From assembly GCA_012522435.1 (NCBI GenBank), contig JAAYKK010000055.1, positions 2,327-66,326 on the forward strand: a DNA stretch of 64,000 nt, in the 5' to 3' direction. Position numbers and translations under genes: made by a program. This DNA comes from Clostridiaceae bacterium. Its GTDB lineage: Bacteria; Bacillota; Clostridia; Saccharofermentanales; DTU023. Positions 26,555 through 38,122 of this stretch are shown here, in pieces; the stretch's first letter is position 1; every line of letters begins with the position of its first letter. The notes under the pieces were generated by a model. The model saw nothing but the letters and a program-made list of their open reading frames with translations, was not told the origin of the DNA and did no database searches.

Positions 26555-29087
26555 ATTATCCGAACGTTCAGGGAAAGTACTTGGCTTGGCATATCAAGCT
26601 GCAGGTTCATATGGAAATGAATATATCGGAACTGAACATATATTAAAGGGAATATTGGAAGAAAATGGCGTAGCAGCTAAAGTAATTAACAAATACGGTT
26701 TAAATTCGGAAAGCGTGACCGGAGTGTTAGATCAATTTAACAATCAGGAAGCTAAAGATTTTACCGGTGATAGCAATTTAACTGCTGATCAAATCTTTCA
26801 AATGATGACCCCAAGAACAAAGCAAGTCTTAAACCTTGCTGCAAGGGAAGCAAATGCCAGAAGATCTGAAAATGTTGAGCCCGAACATTTATTGTTGGGG
26901 ATTATCAGAGAGGGCGACAGTGTTGCAGTTCGAATTTTGCGCAGTGCAGGGATTAGTATTCAAAAACTGTATGCAGAGATTATTCAAAGCATAGGTGGAG
27001 CAGGAACTGAAAATGTCTTCGGTCAAATGTCTGATAATATGGGTGATCCCGGACTTTCTGCTGGACAATCCGCAGCAGCTTCCGACAGTGATACTCCTAC
27101 CTTAGATCAGTTTGGTGTTGATTTTACCGAAATGGCTCGTAACAATGCATTCGATCCGATAATCGGACGCGACGAAGAGATAATGCGCACAATGCAGATT
27201 CTTTGTCGCCGGACAAAAAACAACCCTGTATTAATTGGGGAGCCCGGTGTTGGTAAAACTGCAATTGCTGAAGGTTTGGCACAAAGGATTGTTGCTGATG
27301 ATGTACCCGATATTCTTAAAGGCAAGAGATTATTTTCTTTAGATCTTTCCGGAATGTTAGCAGGTGCAAAATATAGAGGCGAATTCGAAGAACGCTTGAA
27401 AAATGGGATAGATGAAGCTGCAAAATCAGGCAATGTAGTTTTGTTCATTGATGAACTACATACAATTATTGGAGCAGGTGCCTCCGAAGGTGCAATGGAC
27501 GCTTCAAATATATTAAAACCAATGCTTGCCAGAGGTGAAATGCAGGTTATAGGTGCAACTACAATAGATGAATATAGAAAAAATGTAGAAAAAGATGCAG
27601 CTTTAGCCAGGAGATTTCAACCTGTAACGATCGATGAACCGAGTGTAGAAGAGTCGATTCAAATTTTGAACGGTCTGAGAAAACAATATGAAGATCATCA
27701 TAGGGTGAAAATTACTGATGAAGCAATTGAAGAAGCAGTAAAATTATCAAGTCGTTATATCACTGACAGATTTTTGCCGGATAAAGCAATTGACTTAATA
27801 GATGAAGCATCTTCAAAAGTAAGAATGGGTATTTCATCAGAACCGGATGAGCTAAAAGAAAAAGAAGAAGAATTAGTAAAAATCATTGAACAAAAAGAAA
27901 AAGCTGTTGCAGAAGAAAGATTTGAAGAAGCAGCGGATTTGCATAAACAGGAAAACAAGTTAAATGATGAGATTAAAGCAGTTAGAGCTGAAAGTGATCA
28001 AGATTCTGAAGCTGAGCGTCCGGAAATCACAGTTAACAATGTTGCAGAAATAGTTGCTTCCTGGACCGGTATTCCGGTAACTAAAATCAGTGAAGATGAT
28101 CAAGAAAGAATGAGAAATCTTGAAGCTGAGCTCAAGCAAAGAGTGATTGGTCAAGATGAAGCTGTGACAGCGGTCTCAAAGGCTATTCGCAGAGGCAGAT
28201 TGGGTTTAAAAGATCCAAATCGTCCTACAGGTTCATTTCTCTTCTTGGGTACAACCGGTGTGGGTAAGACTGAATTAGCGAAGGCTTTAGCAGAAACAAT
28301 GTATGGTGATGAAAATGCCATGGTCAGAATTGATATGTCAGAATATATGGAAAAATTTGATGTCTCAAAATTAATCGGATCCCCTCCGGGATACGTTGGT
28401 TACGATGAGGGGGGTCAACTGACTGAAAAAGTCAGAAGAAGACCGTATACAGTTGTCTTGTTTGATGAAATTGAAAAAGCTCATCCGGATGTATTCAATG
28501 TCTTACTCCAAGTTTTGGAGGATGGTAGATTAACTGATGGCCAAGGCAGAACCGTTGATTTCAAAAATACGATAATAATCATGACTTCAAATATTGGAGC
28601 TCGTATCTTAACTTCTGCAAGTGGAGGTAAGATAGGTTTTAGTCATCCGACTGAGTCTGAGAATAATCTTGAAGAAATTGATCAAAATCTTTATGGTGGT
28701 AGAAGCTTTGAAGAAGCTAAAGAGTTAATCTTAGAAGAAGTTAAGAAAACATTTGCTCCGGAATTCTTGAATAGAATTGATGAGATGATTTTCTTCAAAA
28801 TGTTATCCAAAGATGCATTATTGGAAATTGTTGAAATCATGTTGGGGCAACTCGAGAAAAGAATTGCCGATATCGGAATTAAAATCGAGGTTACTGATTC
28901 AGCTAAAAGCTGGTTAGTTAAACACGGATATGAGCCTCAATACGGGGCAAGACCTTTGCGTAGGTTAATCCAATCTGCAGTAGAGGATAAATTCTCTGAA
29001 GCTATGTTGGATGAAGTGGTTGAAGAAGGTGAAACTGCTTTGATCGATGCCAAGGATGACCAAATTGTAATCAGTGAATTGAACTAA
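26544..29087 (+). CDS. clpC: ATP-dependent Clp protease ATP-binding subunit ClpC
   Basis: Clp_N repeats, two AAA+ modules (GEPGVGKT, GTTGVGKT) and a UVR-like middle domain. Confidence 0.95.
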   Translation: MMIRLSERSGKVLGLAYQAAGSYGNEYIGTEHILKGILEENGVAAKVINKYGLNSESVTGVLDQFNNQEAKDFTGDSNLTADQIFQMMTPRTKQVLNLAAREANARRSENVEPEHLLLGIIREGDSVAVRILRSAGISIQKLYAEIIQSIGGAGTENVFGQMSDNMGDPGLSAGQSAAASDSDTPTLDQFGVDFTEMARNNAFDPIIGRDEEIMRTMQILCRRTKNNPVLIGEPGVGKTAIAEGLAQRIVADDVPDILKGKRLFSLDLSGMLAGAKYRGEFEERLKNGIDEAAKSGNVVLFIDELHTIIGAGASEGAMDASNILKPMLARGEMQVIGATTIDEYRKNVEKDAALARRFQPVTIDEPSVEESIQILNGLRKQYEDHHRVKITDEAIEEAVKLSSRYITDRFLPDKAIDLIDEASSKVRMGISSEPDELKEKEEELVKIIEQKEKAVAEERFEEAADLHKQENKLNDEIKAVRAESDQDSEAERPEITVNNVAEIVASWTGIPVTKISEDDQERMRNLEAELKQRVIGQDEAVTAVSKAIRRGRLGLKDPNRPTGSFLFLGTTGVGKTELAKALAETMYGDENAMVRIDMSEYMEKFDVSKLIGSPPGYVGYDEGGQLTEKVRRRPYTVVLFDEIEKAHPDVFNVLLQVLEDGRLTDGQGRTVDFKNTIIIMTSNIGARILTSASGGKIGFSHPTESENNLEEIDQNLYGGRSFEEAKELILEEVKKTFAPEFLNRIDEMIFFKMLSKDALLEIVEIMLGQLEKRIADIGIKIEVTDSAKSWLVKHGYEPQYGARPLRRLIQSAVEDKFSEAMLDEVVEEGETALIDAKDDQIVISELN

Positions 29088-29136
29088 TAAAAGATCAAGT
29101 ATAACTTGCTTAGAAATAATTAGCAGGTGTTCTATA

Positions 29137-29172
29137 AAGGTAGAGTAGAAAAAAATCTACTCTACCTTTTTT
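29137..29172 (+). terminator. Intrinsic terminator after clpC
   Basis: AAGGTAGAGTAG-8 nt loop-CTACTCTACCTTTTTT. Confidence 0.9.
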
Positions 29173-29219
29173 AATTAAATTCCTGATGTGTTATTATATT
29201 TTTGTAAACTTTCTAAGTT

Positions 29220-29543
29220 ATGGAGGTTGATGTGAGCACAGACTTTGTTCAACAAATAAAAGATGCAGAATTGCAAGCTCAAAAAATAATTGAGCAAGCG
29301 GAAAAAAATGCTAAAAGTAAACTCGAACACAATAAACGTGAACTTGATAACAAGCTTGAATTAGCTCGCACTGAATATGATCAGAAAATTCGATTCGAAA
29401 AATCTGCAGCAGAGGATCAATCTGAACAAGATTTAGCGAAGAGCCTTGCTGAGCTTACACCGCCTGAAATTAGTAATCAGCTACGTGAAGAGGCTGCTGA
29501 TCTAGTATTAGAGAGGATAGTGGATCTCCTTGGCAATTCTTGA
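29220..29543 (+). CDS. V/A-type ATPase small coiled-coil peripheral-stalk subunit (G/H-like)
   Basis: ~105-aa K/E/Q-rich heptad protein. First gene of the V-ATPase operon. The true start may be the GTG at 29232 behind GGAGG. Confidence 0.65.
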   Translation: MEVDVSTDFVQQIKDAELQAQKIIEQAEKNAKSKLEHNKRELDNKLELARTEYDQKIRFEKSAAEDQSEQDLAKSLAELTPPEISNQLREEAADLVLERIVDLLGNS

Positions 29544-31593
29544 AATGGATAAAATTAAGATTTTGGGACTGCAGAGCGACAAACAATCCATAATGCAGTT
29601 ACTGCAAGCCGAGGGTGTTGTTGAGTTGATCGATACCGGATTAACCGCGTCCTTAGCAACAGAGGATGATGTCGTCGAGCCAAATTCAAAATCTTCACTG
29701 GACCGGGAATATCTCTTGGTTGATGAAAAGGAACAACAGACAATTTCCGAACAGGAGTTGTTGATCAGACAGAAACAGGCAAACCTGGAATCTGTAATCA
29801 TCAAATTAGATAATAAATATCCTAACATTTCAATAGAGCCTGCCGATTTAAGAATTTCTATTCAAGATTTATTAGCAATCAAGAAGCGCGAGAAAGCTAT
29901 TCTGTCAAAACTGGAACAGGTTCAAGTTATCGAAGACAGAGAATCTGATCTAGCGGCAGAACGTGAGCAGATACAACGTGAACAAGATATTCTACAAGAT
30001 TGGTACGATGTAGATATTAATCTCGCCCAAACTTCAACTGAACGTACAGTGATTTTTTTAGGACAATTAGAAAAATCTGCTCTCAAGCAATTGGAAGATG
30101 AATTAGTTGAACTATCCCTAGCTCAAACTGTCATCTTGGATCTTTTTGAAGGTGATCGCTATTACTTGACGGCAATTATTGCTTTGAAAGAAGATCAACT
30201 AGAGGTTGATAATTTATTAAAACGATATGACTTTAATGCTTTACCTATCAAAAGACAAGGTAAGCCCAATCGGATTTATCAAGCAAATACAGCTCAATTA
30301 GAAAGAATTGACAGCTATTTTTTGGAACTTGAGCAAGAGCTAAAAGAAATTGCTAAGAATCGGTTGGACTTTTATATATTATCGGATTATTATTCAGTTC
30401 TCCTAGATTACTATGCCGCCAATAAAATACCCCAAAATACTTTGTATACATTTAGTTTGCAAGGCTTTTTGCCGAGAGAGACATCAGCAGATGTTGTTAG
30501 GCAGATAGAGTCGAATTATTCCGCGTTAGTTGAAATTCAAGAACTGACAACTCAAGATGACTATCCGATCATGTTAAAAAACAATCCTTTTTCTGGAGCT
30601 TATCAAACTATACTAGAGATGTTCGGTGCTCCCAATACGCAAGAAATCGATCCGACTCCGGGTTTAGCTCCATTCACATTTTTATTTTTCGGTATGATGT
30701 TAAGTGATGTGGGATATGGTTTACTCTTAACTCTAGCTTGTGCATTTTTATTGTGGAAAAGAAAAATAGATGCAACTACGGAAAGTGGGAAATTAGTTAG
30801 AATGCTTTTCTTAAGTGGTATCTCATCTACAATTTGGGGCTTTGTGTTCGGTGGCTTTTTTGGAGATATGCTCACTTTATTAAGTGATAAGAGAATATCT
30901 TTTCCTTATCTCTGGTTTAATCCGATGGATGAACCACAAAAACTGTTGATTTGGAGTATGATTTTCGGTGTGATTCATCTCTTCGGTGGTATGATAATGA
31001 GAATGATCAATGAAGTTAAGTATGGCAGAATATCGAATATAATTTTCGATATCATACCTTGGTTTTTTATTATTATCGGCCTAGGCATGATGGTTGGAGG
31101 ATCTTCATTAAATATTACTTCCTTCAATGTTTCTGAGTTAGGTAAATGGTTTGCCCTCGGAGGAGGCGTGATAGTCTTATTGTTTGCAGGTCGAGATAAG
31201 AAAAATATTTTTTCCAGACTTATTTCAGGTGTGGGAGGTCTCTACGGAGTTATCAATTACTTAGGAGATATCTTATCTTACACGAGAGTATTGGCATTAG
31301 TTCTAGCAACAAGTGTTATTGCAACAGTTGTTAATTTTTTAGCAGTAATGGTTTCCGGTGGAGTGATCGGTTGGATCTTTGCAATTCTGATCTTGATGGG
31401 TGGACATATGTTGAATCTTGCACTATCAGGTCTTTCCGCATATGTTCATTCGAGCCGTTTGCAGTATGTTGAGTTTTTTGGCCAGTTCTTTGAAGGTGGC
31501 GGAAGGTTTTTTAAGCCTTTCAGTTATCAGACTAAACGTATTAAATTAAAAAAAGAAAACATTAATCAGCAAGAAGAAAATAATGTTTTTTAA
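29530..31593 (+). CDS. ntpI: V-type ATPase subunit I (a-subunit, membrane stator)
   Basis: 687 aa. Soluble N-terminal half plus a multi-TM C-terminal half ending in YVHSSRLQYVEFF. Confidence 0.92.
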   Translation: MAILEMDKIKILGLQSDKQSIMQLLQAEGVVELIDTGLTASLATEDDVVEPNSKSSLDREYLLVDEKEQQTISEQELLIRQKQANLESVIIKLDNKYPNISIEPADLRISIQDLLAIKKREKAILSKLEQVQVIEDRESDLAAEREQIQREQDILQDWYDVDINLAQTSTERTVIFLGQLEKSALKQLEDELVELSLAQTVILDLFEGDRYYLTAIIALKEDQLEVDNLLKRYDFNALPIKRQGKPNRIYQANTAQLERIDSYFLELEQELKEIAKNRLDFYILSDYYSVLLDYYAANKIPQNTLYTFSLQGFLPRETSADVVRQIESNYSALVEIQELTTQDDYPIMLKNNPFSGAYQTILEMFGAPNTQEIDPTPGLAPFTFLFFGMMLSDVGYGLLLTLACAFLLWKRKIDATTESGKLVRMLFLSGISSTIWGFVFGGFFGDMLTLLSDKRISFPYLWFNPMDEPQKLLIWSMIFGVIHLFGGMIMRMINEVKYGRISNIIFDIIPWFFIIIGLGMMVGGSSLNITSFNVSELGKWFALGGGVIVLLFAGRDKKNIFSRLISGVGGLYGVINYLGDILSYTRVLALVLATSVIATVVNFLAVMVSGGVIGWIFAILILMGGHMLNLALSGLSAYVHSSRLQYVEFFGQFFEGGGRFFKPFSYQTKRIKLKKENINQQEENNVF

Positions 31594-31633
31594 ATAAATT
31601 AATTATTCATTTAAGATTAATTTGGAGGTTATC

Positions 31634-32119
31634 ATGGAATTTTTAAGCAATCTCGGACCGATTTTTACATTGTTAGGAGCAGCATTTGCCGCTTTTCTAC
31701 CCGGACTAGGTTCTGCGAAAGCTGTTTCGCGATTGGGTCAAGCGGTTAACGGTGTATTATCCGAACAACCGGATCTCTTTGGTAGAGCATTGATCTTACA
31801 AGCACTACCCGGTACACAAGGTATTTACGGTTTGTTGACATTTTTCTTAATTTTAACTCGTTCCGGAATAATGGAGTCGGGTTTTACAGCTGAAATTAGT
31901 TGGGCTCAGGGCTTACTATGGGTAGCGGCAGCATTGCCAATCGCTATTGTGGGTTATCTTTCAGCATTGGATCAAGCGAAGGTTTGTGAAACAGGTATTG
32001 CTTTAGTAGCAAAACGTAATGATCAACATGCCAGAGTAATTGTTTTAGCAGTTGTTGTTGAGACATATGCAATTTTTGCATTGCTCGCTTCTGTATTAGC
32101 TATTTTCAGCTTGGGATAA
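31634..32119 (+). CDS. ntpK: V-type ATPase proteolipid subunit K (c-ring)
   Basis: Four-helix hydrophobic protein with G/A-rich helices. ATG at 31634 behind a GGAGG SD. Confidence 0.88.
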   Translation: MEFLSNLGPIFTLLGAAFAAFLPGLGSAKAVSRLGQAVNGVLSEQPDLFGRALILQALPGTQGIYGLLTFFLILTRSGIMESGFTAEISWAQGLLWVAAALPIAIVGYLSALDQAKVCETGIALVAKRNDQHARVIVLAVVVETYAIFALLASVLAIFSLG

Positions 32120-32131
32120 TTCGGAGAACTT

Positions 32132-32704
32132 ATGGATAAGATTAATAAAATAATTGATGTCATCTTATCTGAAGCCCAGGATCAAGCTGACCAAATACTG
32201 ATGAAAGCTGATCTGAAAATAGCTCAGAGCAGATCAGAAAATGATGCTCAAATAGAGAAGATCAAGCTTTTAGCAGAAGATGAAATAGCTACCGAGAAAG
32301 AGTCTATCGCAATCAAAACAGAAAGCTTGATTGAAACAAGAAGCAGACAGAAAAGATTGGTGCAAAGGCAGCAGCTGATTTCAGAAGTAATTGATTTAGC
32401 TTTGAAAAAATTTGGTTCTTTATCCGATCAAGAAAAAGTTGACTTCTATATCAAACTAATTGACAAGAGGAATATTAAAGCGGGGACAATTAGTCTTAAC
32501 CGATCAGAACAAAGTCTGTTGCCACAGCTTCTCACTAGATTAGGAACGGATTTTAGCGCCGGTGAAGTTGTTGATATTTCCGGAGGCATAATAATTGAGC
32601 ATGAGAGGATTGAAAATAATTTAAGTCTTGATTTAATAATTAGGGATAACAGACCGGAGTTATCGGTTATTGTGTCTGAGATCCTATTCTCCGCTGAAGA
32701 ATAA
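32132..32704 (+). CDS. ntpE: V-type ATPase subunit E
   Basis: 190 aa. N-terminal coiled coil plus a globular C-terminus. Operon position supports the call. Confidence 0.8.
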   Translation: MDKINKIIDVILSEAQDQADQILMKADLKIAQSRSENDAQIEKIKLLAEDEIATEKESIAIKTESLIETRSRQKRLVQRQQLISEVIDLALKKFGSLSDQEKVDFYIKLIDKRNIKAGTISLNRSEQSLLPQLLTRLGTDFSAGEVVDISGGIIIEHERIENNLSLDLIIRDNRPELSVIVSEILFSAEE

Positions 32705-33744
32705 TGATGAATCAAAAATTGCTTTATAGATTAAATATTGAACGACAGGGAACCGGATCGTGGTTATATGCATACGGTTTATTAGCCGGCCGTGAAAATA
32801 AGTATTTTGATACAAATCAATTACAACAATTGTTTCAGGCAAATTCGGAAGAACAATTGTTAAACATCATACGAGAAGCAAATTATCAAGGTGAAAGTGT
32901 TGATCAAGCACTGATTAATTCTAAGTATGAGGATATTGAATTATTGTTTTCTATAATTCCTGATTACGATTTACTGAAAATTTTCTTGTTATTTAATGAA
33001 GGTCACAATCTGAAAGTTGTATTACGTTCAACTTTGTCAGCTGATCATAAGATATCCTTAAAAACTATTGAACATCTACTCTTAGGACCTTATCTGACGG
33101 AACCCCGATTAATACTAGAAGCTGTACGCAACTCCGGTTTAACTGAATTACCGGACTGGATGTCAAACGCCATCAAAAAGAGTGAACAAGAATATCTGGA
33201 CTCTTATGATATGAGCATGGTCGATTTGGTGGTTGATAAGTTAATGTGGCAAGAGTTGATCGAACAGCTGAAACTTATAGATTCCGAATGGCTTCTGGAA
33301 TATTATCTATTAAAGGCTGATTTTATTAATTTAGAAATTTTGTTTCGTTGTAAGAATTTACATTTAACGGCAGAGTTCTTTATTCGATCAATTATTAATC
33401 AGGGAACTGTCAAACCTGAAGAATGGTTAGTTTACTATAATATGAGTGAATCTGAATTGGCTCGAGAACTTGAATTACTAAATCTAGGTGAATTTGTTGA
33501 GTTTATTAATACGTATCATGAACAAGGCAGAGCATCATTATTCTCGCAGATCTCGGATCAACATTTGATTGACCTGATCCATAAGGTCAGGTATTTTTCT
33601 TCAGGAATTGAAAAGACTGCAAGCTATTATCTGATCAGAGAAATTGAACGTACAAATATTAAATTGGCAAGGGCTTGTCTTTTGCATTTAATATCTGAGG
33701 ATAGGTATTGTTCTATGGTCAGACCTAGCTATCTAGGGAGATAA
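32704..33744 (+). CDS. ntpC: V-type ATPase subunit C (d-subunit)
   Basis: 346-aa helical protein. Operon position between E and F. Confidence 0.8.
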   Translation: MMNQKLLYRLNIERQGTGSWLYAYGLLAGRENKYFDTNQLQQLFQANSEEQLLNIIREANYQGESVDQALINSKYEDIELLFSIIPDYDLLKIFLLFNEGHNLKVVLRSTLSADHKISLKTIEHLLLGPYLTEPRLILEAVRNSGLTELPDWMSNAIKKSEQEYLDSYDMSMVDLVVDKLMWQELIEQLKLIDSEWLLEYYLLKADFINLEILFRCKNLHLTAEFFIRSIINQGTVKPEEWLVYYNMSESELARELELLNLGEFVEFINTYHEQGRASLFSQISDQHLIDLIHKVRYFSSGIEKTASYYLIREIERTNIKLARACLLHLISEDRYCSMVRPSYLGR

Positions 33745-33746
33745 TA

Positions 33747-34076
33747 ATGAAATTAGTTAAAGTTGCAGTTATTGGAGATATAGACAGCGTGCTCGGTTTT
33801 AGAGGATTGGGTATGAATGTAATAGTTACTGATAATCCTGTTGAGGCTTTTAGTAAACTAGAAGAGCTAGCCAAAAAGAATTATGGTGTAATTTTTATAA
33901 CCGAAGATTTAGCAGAAAAAAATAAAAATATTATTGAAAATTATGTTGAAAAGATTCAGCCTGCAGTGATCTTAATTCCTTCAAGTAGAAGTGATACGGA
34001 TTTTGCTATGAAAAGTTTGCAAGAATTGGTCAAAAGGGCTGTTGGAATTGACTTCTTGAATCCGGAGAATAATTAA
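33747..34076 (+). CDS. ntpF: V-type ATPase subunit F
   Basis: 109 aa. VAVIGDIDSVLGFRGLG and IFITEDLA motifs. Confidence 0.88.
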   Translation: MKLVKVAVIGDIDSVLGFRGLGMNVIVTDNPVEAFSKLEELAKKNYGVIFITEDLAEKNKNIIENYVEKIQPAVILIPSSRSDTDFAMKSLQELVKRAVGIDFLNPENN

Positions 34077-34104
34077 CATAAAGATAAATGAGGTTTAATA
34101 ATTT

Positions 34105-35877
34105 ATGACGAAAAAACAAGGTCGAGTAACCAAAATATCCGGTCCGCTCGTAGTGGCCGAAGGTATGCGTGATGCAAATATGTATGATATTGTGCGTGTT
34201 TCAGATAAAAACTTAATTGGTGAAATTATTGAAATGCACGGAGATCAAGCATCAATTCAGGTGTATGAAGAAACTGCGGGGCTCAAACCTGGTGAAATGG
34301 TATTTTCAGAAAATGAACCTCTTTCTGTTGAATTAGGACCGGGATTAATCGGCCAGATTTTTGACGGAATTCAAAGACCGCTAGAAGAATTGGTTAGGAT
34401 TGAAGGATCCAACATCAAACGAGGTGCTAGTGTCAAGGCACTTGATCGAACCAAGACTTGGAACTTTAAGGCTAAAGTTGCAGAAGGCACTCAAGTCGTT
34501 GCAGGCGATATTCTGGGCGAAGTTAAGGAAACAGCAATTTTAAAACATTTGATTATGGTACCTCCGAAGATTTCCGGTACGATCAAAGAAATAAAATCCG
34601 GTCTTTTTACAATTGAAGATCCAATTGCGGTGATTACAGATGAAAAAGGCAATACCCATGAAATTTCTATGATGCAAAGATGGCCGGTTCGTATCGGCAG
34701 ACCGTATCAATCGAAATACTCACCGAATGAGCCGTTGATTACCGGACAACGTTCAATCGATACGTTTTTTCCTGTAGCTAAAGGTGGCACAGCTTCAGTT
34801 CCCGGACCTTTCGGTAGCGGAAAAACTGTAATTCAACATCAGTTAGCAAAGTGGGCATCCGCAGATGTGGTTGTTTATATCGGTTGTGGTGAACGCGGCA
34901 ATGAAATGACAGATGTTTTGAATGAATTTCCGGAACTGGATGATCCTAATTCAGGCCGACCGCTGATGGAAAGAACAATCCTGATTGCGAATACCTCCGA
35001 TATGCCGGTTGCAGCACGAGAAGCTTCTATCTATACAGGTATAACCATAGCAGAATATTTTAGAGATATGGGTTATTCTGTATCAATTATGGCTGATTCA
35101 ACTTCACGTTGGGCAGAAGCATTGCGAGAAATGTCGGGCCGACTTGAGGAGATGCCGGGTGAAGAGGGATATCCAGCTTATCTTGGTTCAAGACTTGCCC
35201 AGTTCTATGAGCGTGCCGGAATGGTTAAATGCCTCGGCAGCGACGATCGAACAGGTGTCTTAACTGCTATAGGTGCTGTATCGCCTCCCGGTGGAGACTT
35301 ATCTGATCCGGTTGCGCAATCAACTTTACGAATTGTTCAAGTTTTTTGGAGTTTAGATTCTGCTTTAGCTTATCAGAGACATTTTCCTGCTATTAATTGG
35401 TTATCCAGTTATTCTCTTTATTCAGAGAAAATAGATCTGTGGATGAATGAGAATATCTCAGCTGATTGGTCGAAATTACGTAAAGACGCAATTGCACTGC
35501 TTCAAGAAGAATCAGAATTGCAAGAAATAGTGCGTTTGGTAGGACATGATTCTTTATCTTTTACTGATCGGCTTAAACTTGAAGCTGCACGTTCGATTCG
35601 AGAAGACTTTTTACATCAAAATTCATTTCATGATATTGATACTTACACTTCTTTGGCTAAACAGTTCTACATGCTGAATTGTTTGATGAATTATTATTAT
35701 GAGGCGATTGATGCGATTGCAAGAAATGCAGATTATCAGAGACTTATTTCATTACCAATCAGAGATGATCTGGCCAGAATGAAATATATTCCGGAAGATG
35801 ATGTCAAACAGAGCTATGATGACTTTTTGGAACGTATACATACAGAAATTTCGGCATGTGTTCCAAGGGAGGTTTAA
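34105..35877 (+). CDS. ntpA: V-type ATPase catalytic subunit A
   Basis: Walker [22 protein letters not shown]. Confidence 0.97.
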   Translation: MTKKQGRVTKISGPLVVAEGMRDANMYDIVRVSDKNLIGEIIEMHGDQASIQVYEETAGLKPGEMVFSENEPLSVELGPGLIGQIFDGIQRPLEELVRIEGSNIKRGASVKALDRTKTWNFKAKVAEGTQVVAGDILGEVKETAILKHLIMVPPKISGTIKEIKSGLFTIEDPIAVITDEKGNTHEISMMQRWPVRIGRPYQSKYSPNEPLITGQRSIDTFFPVAKGGTASVPGPFGSGKTVIQHQLAKWASADVVVYIGCGERGNEMTDVLNEFPELDDPNSGRPLMERTILIANTSDMPVAAREASIYTGITIAEYFRDMGYSVSIMADSTSRWAEALREMSGRLEEMPGEEGYPAYLGSRLAQFYERAGMVKCLGSDDRTGVLTAIGAVSPPGGDLSDPVAQSTLRIVQVFWSLDSALAYQRHFPAINWLSSYSLYSEKIDLWMNENISADWSKLRKDAIALLQEESELQEIVRLVGHDSLSFTDRLKLEAARSIREDFLHQNSFHDIDTYTSLAKQFYMLNCLMNYYYEAIDAIARNADYQRLISLPIRDDLARMKYIPEDDVKQSYDDFLERIHTEISACVPREV

Positions 35878-35883
35878 GTAATA

Positions 35884-37287
35884 ATGATTAAAGAATATCG
35901 CACAATTGAAGAAATTGCCGGCCCTTTAATGTTGGTTCAAAATGTGGAAAATGTTGCATATGATGAACTGGGTGAAATTATCTTGCCTAATGGTGAGATA
36001 CGGCGTTGTCAAGTTTTGGAAGTTAATGGAAGTGATGCTTTGGTGCAACTGTTTGAGAGTTCTCTTGGAATCAACGTTGAGCAAAGCAAAGTTCGCTTTC
36101 TTGGTCATAGTATGGAATTACCGGTTTCGCCTGATATGTTGGGACGTGTTTTTGATGGTTTGGGTTCTCCGATTGATGGCGGTCCTGATATCATTCCTGT
36201 TGCAACGATGGATACTAATGGTTTACCGATGAATCCTGCAGCCAGAGAATACCCGGATGAATTTATTCAGACCGGAGTCTCAGCGATTGACGGACTCAAT
36301 ACTTTGGTTCGCGGACAGAAGTTGCCAATTTTTTCGGGTTCCGGACTGCCTCACAATAATCTGGCCTCTCAAATAGCCAGACAAGCTAAAGTACTTGATA
36401 ACTCAGAGAAATTTGCCGTGGTTTTTGCTGCAATGGGTATTACATTTGAAGATGCCAATTTCTTTATCGAGGATTTACAGGAAACCGGTGCAATCTCCAG
36501 ATCGGTTATGTTTATTAATCTGGCTAATGATCCCGCAATTGAAAGAATAGCCACTCCCAGAGTTGCTTTGACAACTGCCGAATATCTGGCATTTGAACTC
36601 AACATGCATGTTTTAGTTATTCTGACTGATATTACTTATTATGCTGAAGCTTTGCGTGAAGTTTCAGCTGCTAAAAAAGAAGTACCGGGTCGTAGAGGTT
36701 ATCCGGGATACTTATATACCGACTTGGCTCAGACATATGAACGAGCCGGAAGATTGAAAGGTAAAAATGGATCAATTACTTTAATGCCGATTCTGACCAT
36801 GCCGGATGATGACAAAACACATCCGATTCCGGATTTAACCGGTTATATCACAGAGGGTCAAATTATTTTGGATCGTGATTTGCATAACAAGGCTATTCAA
36901 CCTCCGATTGATGTTTTACCTTCATTATCAAGATTAAAAGATGAAGCAATCGGTGAGGGAAGAACCAGATCAGATCATGCTGACACGATGAATCAGTTAT
37001 TTGCTGCTTATTCCAGAGGCAAGGAAGCGAAAGAGCTGGAGATTATTTTAGGTGCAGAAGCCCTAAGCGACATGGATAGAATTTATGCCAGATTTTCTGA
37101 TGAATTTGAAAATAACTACATTTCACAGAGCTTCGAAACAAATCGCAGTATTGAGGAAACGTTAGAATTAGGTTGGGATCTTCTATCTATTTTACCTAAG
37201 AATGAACTGACCAGAATAGATGAAAAATATATTGATCGTTACTATCGTCATGAAATCTATGAACGTTATAGAACTGAAATGAATTAA
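35884..37287 (+). CDS. ntpB: V-type ATPase subunit B
   Basis: 467 aa. [19 protein letters not shown] and SLSRL motifs. Confidence 0.97.
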   Translation: MIKEYRTIEEIAGPLMLVQNVENVAYDELGEIILPNGEIRRCQVLEVNGSDALVQLFESSLGINVEQSKVRFLGHSMELPVSPDMLGRVFDGLGSPIDGGPDIIPVATMDTNGLPMNPAAREYPDEFIQTGVSAIDGLNTLVRGQKLPIFSGSGLPHNNLASQIARQAKVLDNSEKFAVVFAAMGITFEDANFFIEDLQETGAISRSVMFINLANDPAIERIATPRVALTTAEYLAFELNMHVLVILTDITYYAEALREVSAAKKEVPGRRGYPGYLYTDLAQTYERAGRLKGKNGSITLMPILTMPDDDKTHPIPDLTGYITEGQIILDRDLHNKAIQPPIDVLPSLSRLKDEAIGEGRTRSDHADTMNQLFAAYSRGKEAKELEIILGAEALSDMDRIYARFSDEFENNYISQSFETNRSIEETLELGWDLLSILPKNELTRIDEKYIDRYYRHEIYERYRTEMN

Positions 37288-37402
37288 ATGTTCTTTATTA
37301 ATTAAGAATCATTAAAATATCAATTAAGTTTTGTTAAACATGAACTATTTGTAAACAAACTATGTATAATATATAAAGAACAGCTATTAATTGGAGCTTA
37401 CT

Positions 37403-38122
37403 ATGGCAGTAATGAGAGTAAATCCGAATAGAATGGAATTAATGCGACTGAGGGAGCAGTTGAGTGTGGCCAGACGTGGACATAAACTGCTCAAAGATAA
37501 ACGCGATGAATTAATGCGGCAATTTATCTCAACTGTTAAACATAATCAGGAATTACGAGCAGAAGTTGAAAATTTACTCAAGCAATATAATCAAGAGATG
37601 GTTTTAGCTCGTGCTGTAATGCCGGAACAAGTTATCGAAACAGCTCTCTTTTCCGGATATGATAATTTAATCTTGCAATCCAGAAGAAAAAATCTGATGA
37701 GTGTTCAAGTTCCGGAGTTTTTTGTCTATGATCAAAGAATGATGGAAGATCGAGATGAGCGAAGAGAACGAGCCAGAGAAAGAGACCGCTCACAAACTTA
37801 TATTCCGTATGGTTTTACCGGCGTATCTGGCGAATTGGATCATGCAATTCTTGCTTTGCGTAAAGCTTTACCCGTAATGATTGAATTAGCAACAGTTGAA
37901 AAGACTATTCAATTATTGGCTGGAGAAATTGCCAAAACCCGACGTAGAGTAAATTCATTAGAACATCGTATGATACCGGATTTGGAAGATACAATCCGCT
38001 CAATTACTATGAAAATGGAAGAAAATGAAAGAGCAAATACGACGAGGTTGATGAAAGTAAAAGATTTAATCTTAGAAAAAGAAATTCGCGAACGGAGGAG
38101 AAGACATGAAAAAATGTCCTAA
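37403..38122 (+). CDS. ntpD: V-type ATPase subunit D (central stalk) with an R/E/D-rich insertion
   Basis: RVNPNRMELMRLREQL...ARRGHKLLKDKRDEL signature. ATG at 37403 behind GGAG. Charged insert at 37730-37795. Confidence 0.9.
   Translation: MAVMRVNPNRMELMRLREQLSVARRGHKLLKDKRDELMRQFISTVKHNQELRAEVENLLKQYNQEMVLARAVMPEQVIETALFSGYDNLILQSRRKNLMSVQVPEFFVYDQRMMEDRDERRERARERDRSQTYIPYGFTGVSGELDHAILALRKALPVMIELATVEKTIQLLAGEIAKTRRRVNSLEHRMIPDLEDTIRSITMKMEENERANTTRLMKVKDLILEKEIRERRRRHEKMS

Noticed and set aside
27107-27448. Antisense ORFs inside long genes in the track, for example 27107-27448 in clpC, 29508-29828 in ntpI, 50159-50491 in lon, 45863-46186 in pyk and 55904-56254 in the ABC gene.
   Set aside because: They lie entirely within strongly supported genes on the opposite strand. 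They have no SD sequences and have low-complexity translations. They are shadow ORFs typical of AT-rich DNA.
37288-37390. Internal promoter in the ntpB-ntpD gap (TTGTAA ... TGTATAAT).
   Set aside because: The hexamers are expected by chance in AT-rich spacer, and the spacing to any -35 element is poor. I kept it only as a remark under the ntpD finding.
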